From the NCBI GenBank assembly GCA_965202585.1, contig OZ241831.1, positions 31,000,001-31,064,000 of the forward strand: a DNA stretch of 64,000 bases, written 5' to 3'. Both the position numbers and the translations under genes were made by a program. The notes under the pieces are model-generated. The model saw only the letters and a program-made list of their open reading frames with translations, was not told the origin of the DNA and did no database searches. Positions 1-10,700 of the stretch are shown here, in pieces (the first letter of the stretch is position 1; each line of letters opens with the position of its first letter). The stretch comes from Thalia democratica (lineage: Eukaryota).

Positions 1-2
1 AA

Positions 3-2819
3 TGCGCCTTGCCACTGACTGTTTTGAAAATCATATTTACATTTTATTTTCAAATTATTTCCTCTTAGTTGATATTTATTTTGGGAAAAATTAAAAAACT
101 GGTTAAAAAAACTTTTATATTTGCCATTGATAATTTTGTAAAGAATTAATAAATCAAATTCCCATCTTCTATATTCCAGTGATTTCAATCCAAATTTAAT
201 CATTCTATCATTATATGACGTGTAAGATATGTTGCAACGACTACAAATATGACGGGTAAAACTCCTTTGCACAGATTCAATTTTGTTAATATCCTTTTTT
301 AAATGGGGTGACCAAATTTGGGTACTAAACTCAAGTTTAGGGCGAACGTATGTTTTAAATAGTTTTGTCAGAATTGAAGCAGAATTAGTTTTAAAACTTT
401 TCAATATTTGATAACATGTAGTTTTTGCAATCTTATATAAATAGTTGATATGTTCATTCCATTTCAAATCTTTGGAAATATAAATTCCTAAATCTTTAAA
501 AACTTTAATTTCTGGTAACTTGATGTTATTGATTAAGAGGTCAGTTGGAGAAGATTCTTTTTTGTTAATGGTTAGAATTTTACATTTGCTAGGATTTAAG
601 TTTAGTTTTCTTGTTTTTAACCATATGTAAATATTATCTAAAGATAGTTGTAATGAAGTATTTGACTGACTAAAGATTTTGGCATCATCTGCAAATAAGC
701 TTAACTCACTTTTAATATCAATGTTTGAACAAATATCATTAATATAAATTAAAAAGAGAAGGGGACCAACTACACCACCTTGTGGTACTCCACTGTAGAT
801 TGTTAAAAAGTCAGAAAGCGTATTATTGATGAGTACTCTTTGTGATCTATTATTTAAAAAGTTATCAAACCAATCAATTAAGCTTTCATGTAGCCCATAC
901 TGATTTAAAATTTTTAATAATCTTTTGTGTGATACTGAATCAAAGGCTTTTTGAATATCCGTATAAACTACTTTAGTAAATTCATTTTTGAGATAAGGAA
1001 CTAACCAAGAATGTAAGCATGTTAACAGTTGAATGGTTGATGAGCGGTTTGGAACAAAACCAAACTGTTTGTTAGTTAATAATTTGTTATCAAAGAGGTG
1101 ATTGAGAATTTTTACAGATACAATATGTTCATAAATTCTTGAAAAGCCACTTGTTATAGATATTGGTCTGTAATTTAATGCATCGTGTATATTACCTTTC
1201 TTGTGCACAGGAATAATAAAAGATGTTTTCCATTGTTTAGGAACATCAGATAGTTCTAGAGAGCAATTAAATATTAATGAAAGTGGAAATATTATTGATT
1301 GGATAACATGCTTGATATAATAGGGTGGAATGTTTTCTGGCGTTCTTATGATTTTATCTTTTAAGTGGTTAATTGAACTTATAATGTCTTCATAGGTTAT
1401 GAAAAAATTTTGCATCTTACTACAATTCTTTTGGGGTAGCTTAAAAGACTGGTAACTCTCGTCTTTTTTAAAAACTTTTTGAAAATTTATGTTAAAAAGT
1501 GTTGCTATTTCAAAATCTGAGGTTACTGTTTTGTTTTTATCGTTATCATATAAGAGATGTATGGAATTATTTAACTTAAGTTTAGATTTCACGTAGCTAT
1601 AAAACTTTTTTAAATTTGGGTTTTTGCAGAATTTGTTTTCATATTCAAAGTTGTATTTTTTAACAGCTAATTGATATTCTTTAGACTTGTTTTTGTATTT
1701 TATCAAAAATGATTTATTTGTCTTACTTTTTTTGTATAGATTCGCTTTTTCTTTTAATAACTTTTTAATATGAGATGGATATTTTTTACTTTTGTTATTT
1801 TTAGAAAAAATTGGAACAAAACGTTTGATTGAGATTTGGATTGAGCTGATGAATTGATCGTAGAAATGCTGGAGATTTTCTGAATTTTTAAATAAAGAGG
1901 TCCAATTAATTTTTGACAGGAAATCATTGATGCTTTCAAAATCTGCTTTTTTATAGTCATATGAGACTTCTTTAGCAATAGGTACTATTTTATTTTCAAT
2001 TTTAATTTTTAGTGAAAGCAAGTTATGGTCACAAGTGTTTGTTAATGGAAAATTAGTTGAGTGTGATATGATTCTATCTAGACCAAAATGATTGCAAATT
2101 ATGAGATCAAGAATGTTACCATTCTTATGGGTTGGATTTTCAATTACTTGGGTTAAAAAATTGTCTGTACAAAAATTAAGAAAACACTCATGGGGTTTAT
2201 TGAAATCTGTGCTAGGAATCCTCCAATCTATATTTGGCATATTAAAATCACCAAGAACATAAAAAGAACACTCTTTTGGACAAACCATTTTAACCATTTT
2301 GATTACATTTTGAACAGTCAGTGCGCATCTAGCAGACAGTGGAGGAAGGTAGACACAACAAAATCTTAATTTCATCTTTTTAAAAATTACATCTACACAT
2401 AGGTATTCAAAATTGATGTTGCTAGTAGAGATAGAATCGCTTTTAACTTTAATAACTTTAAGCGAATTTTTGAAAAGGATAGCAACACCTCCACCCCTAC
2501 TAGACCTATCACTTCGGTAAATGTTATAGTTAAAAGGACACACTGTGGCATCGTTGACCTTATAAGTCAACCATGTTTCAGTCAAAAAAAATAAATCAAT
2601 GTTATTCAAATTTATATAGTTCTCTAAAATATAAAATTTATTTAAAACAGATCTTATATTAGTGTAACAAACTTTTAAATAGTTGTTGTTACAATTTATA
2701 TAGGAAAACTTGTTAGTGTTAAAATTAATCCTATCACTTAATAAGTTTATACCCGTTGACTCACGATTTCCTCCACTAATCCCAGATGTCCTGGGAGCGG
2801 TAACGAAAGGGCTGTTTTG
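3..2819 (-). CDS. LINE ORF2 (APE endonuclease + reverse transcriptase), partial, runs off the window start
   Basis: Hand translation shows no stop from 2819 to 3 (939 codons). Motifs: YTNIRS, LTETW, GGGVA, VYLPP, LGDFN, LDL, CDH, YRPISIT, QFGF, YTDIQKAFDSV, GVPQG, LFADDAK, KDLGI, YVRPKLE. Absent from the ORF track, probably because no stop lies inside the window. First in-frame ATG is only at 2375. Confidence 0.92.
2776..2811 (-). promoter_or_regulatory. Candidate +1 ribosomal frameshift site CCC_UUU_CGU in the ORF1/ORF2 overlap
   Basis: Motif at 2811-2803 in the ORF1 frame; ORF2 is in the +1 frame with no upstream AUG; hairpin UCCCAG-GACAU-CUGGGA starts 6 nt downstream. Function is inferred. 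Confidence 0.5.
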
Positions 2820-3675
2820 TCAGTTCAACTATCTTGTTGTTCCTTATAACATATTTTATGTCCAATTTATTCTCATCAGCGATGGCTTGCTTTATTTTAA
2901 CTTCTTTTCTCAATTTTCTGAAAGCTTCAATTTCCAAGAGAGTTCTGTCAGGGTTGATGTAGACTTTTGATTCAATTTCACCATTAAACATTTTCAAATC
3001 TCTCAGTCTTAACAGTCTGTGTTTGGATGCTAAATTATTTAATTTGACTATAATTGGTCTGATTTTGTTAGCTGCAATTTTACCTACTCGATAAAGTGAC
3101 TTAAATTCTTCTTTTTTCATTTTATTTTCTCCTAATACTTGTTGAATTATTTTTAGATCATTTTTGCAACTTTCTAGTGCATTATGAGTTGGATTTTTAC
3201 TTTCTGGAATGTTAAATATTATTACATTTAAAGCCTTCTTTTCTTTCAGTTTTTGTTCATTTTCAGCATCTATTTTTTCTGCTACTAAATTTAATTTGGT
3301 ACTAATGTTTGTGATAATTTCTGTTGGTTCACTTTTCTGCATAGCATCAGCATATTTGGAGAATTTAGCTTCAAACTTGTTAAATTTAGAAGAAAAATCA
3401 GACTTAAATTCTGAGAAACTTTTTTGTAATTCTGTAATTCTATTTTCTATATTGTCTATTCTCTTACTGCTGAATTCATCTTTTTGAATCTGATCAATGT
3501 TATTTTCAATAATTCTACTTTTTTCATTATAATCTTTCTTCAATTTAAGCATCTCAGCTTGAAAACAACTAAATTCATTGTCCTTCTTGCTTCCAATGGC
3601 AATCAGTTTTTCTTTCAGCTGTTTCCCAATTTTGGAGGACTCAACTAATGCTTTAATTTCAGCTTCAACAGACAT
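2776..3675 (-). CDS. LINE ORF1 protein (coiled coil + RRM-like nucleic-acid chaperone), 299 aa
   Basis: N-terminal coiled coil, then KALNVIIFNIPES, RPIIVKL, VYINPDRT, typical of LINE ORF1. Homologous to ORF1 of copy 2. Confidence 0.88.
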   Translation of the reverse strand: MSVEAEIKALVESSKIGKQLKEKLIAIGSKKDNEFSCFQAEMLKLKKDYNEKSRIIENNIDQIQKDEFSSKRIDNIENRITELQKSFSEFKSDFSSKFNKFEAKFSKYADAMQKSEPTEIITNISTKLNLVAEKIDAENEQKLKEKKALNVIIFNIPESKNPTHNALESCKNDLKIIQQVLGENKMKKEEFKSLYRVGKIAANKIRPIIVKLNNLASKHRLLRLRDLKMFNGEIESKVYINPDRTLLEIEAFRKLRKEVKIKQAIADENKLDIKYVIRNNKIVELTKQPFRYRSQDIWD

Positions 3676-5398
3676 TTACTTTTTTATATTACAAAACCTT
3701 TCTTTCTTTCTTTCTTATTCAATATCTGAATATTAGTTTAACTAAAAGCATTCAAGGGCGTGACTAGACTTTTTTAGTGTGTTAGCAAAAAAAAATTTTT
3801 GTACAATATTAAAGTATTTTCTGTAGCAGCTTTTTATATTAACTTCAGAAAGTTACACAGCTTTTTACTACATAACTCTCTAAAATTTTCTGAAGTAATT
3901 CTAAATGTTTAAACTTTAAAGAGTTTGAAAATATTAGTAAAACTGAATGCAAAATCTTAATAAGTAATTCAGATCTTAAACTTTTAGTAAAATAATTAAA
4001 ATATAAACCTAAGTCCTGCTAATATTGAAAGTATGAAACTTCGCCTTACATATAGAAGCTAACATGTATAACGAATACTTTTATACATAAGTGACTAAAA
4101 ACAAAGTACTAATATTTTTTTTGTCTTAATGATAGAAAAACATACTCAATGATTTGTAAATAAATCACTTAGTCAAACAGGTCAAGTCAAAGTAGTATAG
4201 CTAAATGTCAAATATAAATTAAACACAAAAACTTTATTTTCAAATAAACTAGTAGCAAAAAGAAAAACGATTTTAAAACTGATAAGAAATTGTAAAACTA
4301 CGGCTTTTCTATTGTTGAAAGATAAAAACAATCTGCAAGTAGGTCAGGTTTCTTGACTAAAAAGCAAACTCTTAAAGTAATAAAATCGTTTAAATTTTTT
4401 TTTACAAAAACTTTTGATTAGATAATTTTTTATATATAGTTTTTTGTTTTTAATATTCTCGCTTTGTAATTATAAAATTTTAAAATACTTTGTTCTTTAC
4501 TAAATAAAAAACTTAAGAAACTACATCATTTTTGCATACAATAAAAAAATTTATAACTATTTTGGGGTACAAACTTTATTTAAAAAGTAACATAAAAAAC
4601 TTCGTATTTTTATTTAAGTTAAGTAGAAAATTTTTAGTATACCCCTAACAGCTAATATTGTATACAACTAAGCTAAATAATTTAATATTAACTTTTATGG
4701 AAGCTTGATAATAAAAGCTTGATAATAGCTCATAACTAATTTAAATTCATTATTTGGAATAATTACTGTTCAGCTAAGAAGTTGGTAAAGTTAAGTAAAC
4801 AAGAGTATTAAGCAAGACAAGTAAGTAAATAAAAACTTAAGATGTTTAAAGGATATTAAACTAAAACGTATACATGTTATAAATTAGATAAAAGTAAATA
4901 AAAAACAGCTATAAAAAAGTTTTAAGATAGAAATATAATTGAAATTTGTTTGATGTACACATTCAAAAGAAAAAAAAAGGAAACATAACAAATATAAGAA
5001 CTTTAAAGGAATTATAATAAAATATACTAAACCCAATTACAAAACAATTTTTAATTTAAATTAAAATACAATAAAAATTATAAATTTATATAAACAAACT
5101 TTTATTTGCACAACTTTGTGCTTATGGTTTTTATTCAAAAAATTCTAATAAACTTAAAAGATAAATAATATGTCTTTAAGTGAAGATTTTAAATTTGTTA
5201 TCATCATAATGTTTGGAGCATTCCAGATAGCTTAACAAACGATCTTCAATTGCCAAATGACTTATGCTAGGTTCACTACCTATATCGGCCATTCAGTTTC
5301 TATGGGTTTTTTAAAGGCTTAAAAAAGTCTTGTCTACTTAATTCTAGCAAAAACTTAGCTAAATAATACTTATTTCAAATACTAAATTTAAACTTATT

Positions 5399-5423
5399 CT
5401 TTGTGCAACTTTGACCCGTTCCC
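5399..5423. mobile_element. Solo right terminal inverted repeat of the Mutator-like MITE family
   Basis: ctttgtgcaactttgacccgttccc closely matches ctttgtgcatatttgacctgttccc at the right end of the 35608-36096 element. No partner end found. Confidence 0.55.
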
Positions 5424-5940
5424 ATTTTCTTTAGCTCAGTTGTAAACAAAAGTAGTTGCTAAGGATATACTCAAAAATTTTGTACCGAATTTCAAAAAGT
5501 AAACATTTTTTGTAGTTATTTTTCTTTGTATATAATTTTATTTTACAAAAAAACTTACATTTTTGCTAAAAATATACAATAAAATTTTATTCTTAAAAAT
5601 GTACACAGTCAGAAATTAACTTTTTATTAAACTGTTTTAAAAGAAAACCATATTCAATCGCTTCTTTTTATAAATTTTTTCCACTTTTTTAGGGGAAAGA
5701 AACCAGTCAATGCACACCCTTAAAAGCATTATAAAAACCCTTTAAAACAAAAAATTATAATTAGGAAGTTGGTTTTTGGTGTTTTTTATAATCGATTTTA
5801 AATATAAAAGTTTTTTGGAAGTGTGATGTTTCGCAGATATTCAAAAACAGTTATTAGCTTATTTTGAACATTTACTAGCGATAAACACGTTTTCTAGAAA
5901 AAATAATTAGAGCTTACAATCATTACTCAATTTACTTAAA

Positions 5941-6300
5941 AAAACATATCAGGACAATCCTTATGCTCTGTAGTTTTCTAAATATGTTTTTATCTTTTTT
6001 ATAAAATTAAAAACATTTACAACTCAAAGCTTAGCTAAATTAAGCACATTTGTTTTTTGTAAAAATATACACTTGTTTCCAATGCGCTTCTACTATTAAA
6101 CAATTATTACTTATGTGAAATAAAAAACACATCAGGATAATCCTTTTGCTTTTTAGTATTTTAAGTATATATTTATTTTTGTTATAAAAACTAATAAAAA
6201 TTTAGTTTTACAACTTAAAGTTTAGCTAAATTTAACTTAGTTGTTCTTAGTAAAAGTACACGCTTTTTTCAATGCGCTTCTACTACTATAATTGTTATTT
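5941..6300. repeat. Diverged tandem duplication, period about 190 bp
   Basis: aatgcgcttctacta at 6081 and 6271; atcagga(c/t)aatcctt and tagctaaatt shared by both units. Confidence 0.8.
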
Positions 6301-7666
6301 ATGAACCAACGAGAAAAATCCGTGGTTTTAAAAGTGTAGTCTTGTCATTGTAAGTTTTTATCGTTAGTTCAACTTGTTTTTATTATAAATCTATTAAACT
6401 TGACCAATAAGCTAATTATTAAGTTCTATCTCTACACTCGACTGTTCCGTCATTTTATGTCTTATAAACATTTTGTTCTTTTTATTTTTTTATTTTTTAA
6501 CTTTTTTTTATTCTTTAAAATTCTGACTACAATTCACTTTTATTTGTTCTTGTAGAATCTTAGTCGAAAGTACTAAACAATAAATGAAAAATCAAGAAAT
6601 GTGTTTTGTTATATTTTCAGATAAATTTCATACAACTAGGTAGTCTTAAATTCATGCTTTTTTAAAAACGACTAACCTTTTTTCTTAAGTAAAAAATATT
6701 GAAAATTTTAACAAATTTTTACCAAAAGTATATTAAATAAAAAAACAAATAACTTTAAAGCTTTTTTTTTTGCGAAGATAAATGTATATCCTTTTAATAT
6801 TCAATAACTTTACGTTAGCATTTTTATAAGTGTAAAACAAAAGAAATTATATCGAAATAAAAAGTTCAAAATTCACTGAGGTTTTATTAAAGTGATCAAT
6901 TTGTTTTTTTTTTTTCAATTTTGTCAATAACAGTCTATAAATAACAGTTTGATTAACCTGTTAAGTACTTTTTTTTCAAAATTTCGATTTAATTTTGAGT
7001 AAATAAAGTATGCACTAGAAAAAGTAAACAAATATTTTATCCAATTGAAAATGTAACAAGTTTTCCAGCGGCAAAGCATTTAACTTTAAATGAACAATTT
7101 TGGATTTCAAACTTCGTTTGCTAAGTGAAATTACTTACCACGCACAACACCTGCTTCATTCAGTTTTACAATCATGTTTCAATCTCGTAGTACTTTTTAT
7201 TAGTTACAAGTGACTTTTTCTTTACCGAAAATTTACTAAAAGGAAGTTTGTTGATGAAAAGAGATGTACAGGCAACTGTTGAATCCTGTTGCTTTCGCCG
7301 CTGAACTTTCTAATCAACCAACAATCAATATTTACACATTTGAAGTTACGGGATTCTGTTTGGTGTAAACGAGAGAAGAAGATGAAAAACGTTTTGCATA
7401 CAACGAAAAGAAACGCTAGACAGAAGTTGATAAAACTTCTAGTTTCGTTTTTAAATTTTTAAACGTTAAAAGCTATCTTTATTTTTGTTCTAGACTTGAG
7501 TTATACTTTTTTGTATGAAAGCTATTTAGTTTTTGTTATTGTAACTACTTTTGAAATTTTCTTAGATATTCTTGTTTAAAGAGTAGAAACTACTTTTAAA
7601 TCGTAGATAAAATGACGATTTAACTAAAAACGTCATCAAAAATATTAAAACAGTTATTTAAAAAAA

Positions 7667-7783
7667 ATGGAACAAGAGTTATTTTGTCCTCATTGCAAAC
7701 AACTGTTTGATGATCCGGTAGTTTTGAAATGTGGCCACAACATTTGTTTCAAGTGCGCAAAAACTTTAGTACAAAAGCAACAG
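7667..7783 (+). CDS. TRIM9: TRIM9-like exon 1 (RING N-terminal part)
   Basis: MEQELFCPHCKQLFDDPVVLKCGHNICFKCAKTLVQKQQ; donor gttaga. Confidence 0.9.
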
Positions 7784-10700
7784 GTTAGATTTTTATAGAG
7801 CTAACTGTTACATCCTACTTAATTTTACTATTTTAGTAAAAACTTGTAATATGTTATATAATCTATTGGTGATTGATTAATTTTGATGATTAAATTTATC
7901 TATACTAAGGTTATTGATTAAAAAAAAATTAGTATAAATTTCTTTCTAAAAACAAGGTTTTACTTATAAAAACTATGCTTTTTAATTCAAAAAACTAAAA
8001 ATTACATTTTAAATTCTATTAATTAAATATTTTAAAAGCTAATTATTACATCTTACTTAAATTCATATCTTTTATAAATAATAACGTGTAGTATAAAACT
8101 AGTCTAGTATTACAAAGTTGTGAAGAATAAAATAAATGTTATAGTTGTTGGATAAAGTTATAGTTATCAAGTACATTAAGTTTTTTTCTAATCTTAAAAC
8201 TGACCAGTCTATTTCCTACTCTTAGCATAATTTTTCAAAACTAACTTACGAAAATTTTAATAGAAAAAACAAATAAACTAACGACTTTTTTACTTTAGAA
8301 GTTGTCAGCAAAAATCGAGCAAAACTTGGAAGCATTGAACGCGGTGGAGTCCCCAAATAGAAAAACTTCTGAATCCCTTAACTTCAGCGACTCCGACAGC
8401 GGCTACTCGCAGTCCTCCAGCACCACCCAGAAACAAAGCGGCCGTTTCGCGAAAACTTCCAAAAAAATTCCCGCCTCGTCGGACAGTGTTGAAAGTTTCC
8501 ACGAGGCGGCGAAGGAAAATCAGAAGATAAACCTGCCGCTCCTCCCCAAATCCGTTTGTTGCGTCACGTGCCCCAGCTGTGACGTCACAATGTTCCTGGA
8601 CGACAGGGGAGAAAATAGCTTGAGGCGCAACCACTTGCTATGCTCAATCGTCGCCCAGTTCAAGCAAAAAGCTGAAAAAAGTTTTGGCGCCAACTCGGAT
8701 GTCGCGAAAAAGCCCCCGAACCGAAAAGAGTGGCAGAGGTGCGAGATGTGCGAGACTTCTTCTAGGCAGCTTGCCACGGTCAGATGCAACCAGTGCGACG
8801 TCAACTACTGCCCCAACTGCCTCGACGCCTACCACCCCGACAAGGGACCGCTGGCCGCCCACCAATTAGTCCAAGTTGCCCAGCAGGCCACCGTCAAAAG
8901 GAGCTCGTCGTCGCGACTTATGAGGGGGCAGAAGCCGAACGCGACCAAAAGGTACTCGGTTGCGGTGGACTCGGTCGGAAGGGAGAAAAGGGTCCTGACG
9001 ACACCGGAAACGGGGGTTGGCTGCGCGAAGCACGAAGACGAGGTGATTTCCCTGCACTGCGAAACTTGCACCATGTCCATATGCGTGGAGTGCCAGCATG
9101 AGCACACGGGCCACGACGTCAAGCCGATCGGCATGCAGTTCAAAGAGCACAAGGTTTGTTTTTTGTTTTATTTTATTTTTTTTAAGCTTTACAAAGGAAA
9201 TCTTATCAGCGACGTGTTTTTTAGCTTGAAGACAACTTGTGCAAAACAACCGAAACTAAGCTCTTTTGTATTCATTGTTTACAAATTTCCTTATATTTTG
9301 AAAATAAATAAACGTTATTGATTTTGAGATAACTATCATTTTAATTCTATGCTTTTAAAAAAATTTGGTCACTCATAAAGAATATTTTATAATTATTCCG
9401 GTAATCAAAGTTTTTTTTTCTTTCAAAGTCCGTCTTTTATAAAAAGCTTCCGAACCATTTTTAATGTAAAAGTTAAATTAATAATGGTTGAAGCATTTTT
9501 ATTAAACTACTTAATTTATGAAAATAAAATCTGCAAATAAGTTAGTTGCATATTTAAAGTACGTCGTAATACTTTGAAACGACTAAGCATATTGTGTAGC
9601 AATCTGCCGCGCAACTACGCATGTTTTGCCCTGAGAAAATAACGCGTAAGCAAACGGCAGGTGCGAACCCAAGCTTTAATTATTCAACTAAAGATTTCAA
9701 AAAACAACAAGTAAACATTTGACTCCATTATTGCCGCCAACACGATAAATCATGTTTGAAATGACACATTATCGGCTTACCATACTGCGCGCATTGGGCA
9801 GATGTCTGCAGTGTAATGTCTGTTTTGCGCACAACATCCTGCCTGCTAAGTGCAAACAGCTCGGTAATAACAACTGAATCATTTGTTGCAATTTTTTGTT
9901 CGAAACCTGCAAACCAGATGCTAAAAAATGTTACATTTGATTTTGGTTTTGAACTTTTGATTTTTACATTCGAATGTGAACAAAATTTTCAAGATTTTTA
10001 GTTTAAATTACGATACTGCAAAATATCAACAAAACAACATGCAGTACATTGATAAAAAATATTTTTTGAAAATTATTGTTGTACACTAATCTAACGATAA
10101 TAAGATAAAAGTTTTACAAGAACTATAGATAACATGTAAATAAACTAAATGCACTTATTAAATATATATAATTATTCAAAATGAAGATATCATAAGCAAC
10201 TATTTTTGCTTTTAAATTTTACTTAGTATTTTTTACATTTTAGGTTTAGTTAATCACATCATAAATATTAATTATTAAATTTATAATTAATTTTTTTTAG
10301 AGTTAATTTGCAAACACTAGTTCTTAAACTTTATTAATTTTTCTTCTCATTTTTACCTTTTTTTTAAACAATTATTTACAAGCAAAAACTTAATTTTGTA
10401 ATCAAATTAGCTTTTGAATAGCTTCATCAGCTAGTTTTCTACTAGCTTACTGAAACTCACATTTAAAACGACTTTTTGGAAAAACTTTTTCAGCTATCAG
10501 TTAATATAGGCTTTGATTTTAAAATCTTATTTCTAAACCGCTGTTAAATTAAAGACTTTTCGCAGTTACTTTAATCTGACTTACATGAAAGCTACAACGC
10601 GCAAGAAAAATTATTGATCAGTACTATAAATAGTATTAACTAATTTACGTTTTTAGCTTGTACTTTCGTTTTACTTTCAAATTTACGTACTTAAATTATA

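Larger units (their letters stand above)
1..3800 (-). mobile_element. CR1/L2-type LINE retrotransposon, copy 1; two ORFs, apparently intact, 3' end outside the window
   Basis: ORF1 3675-2776, followed by APE endonuclease and RT ORF2. The 5' boundary is approximate. Confidence 0.93.

Noticed and set aside
8305-9249. Many overlapping and antisense ORFs over TRIM9 exon 2
   Set aside because: By-products of high third-position GC, which removes stops from other frames; no recognisable motifs.
9154-9321. ORF-track extension of TRIM9 exon 2 (VCFLFYFIFF...)
   Set aside because: Low-complexity intron read-through past a donor whose phase fits exon 3. The same applies to extensions after ZMYND8 exons 1-6.
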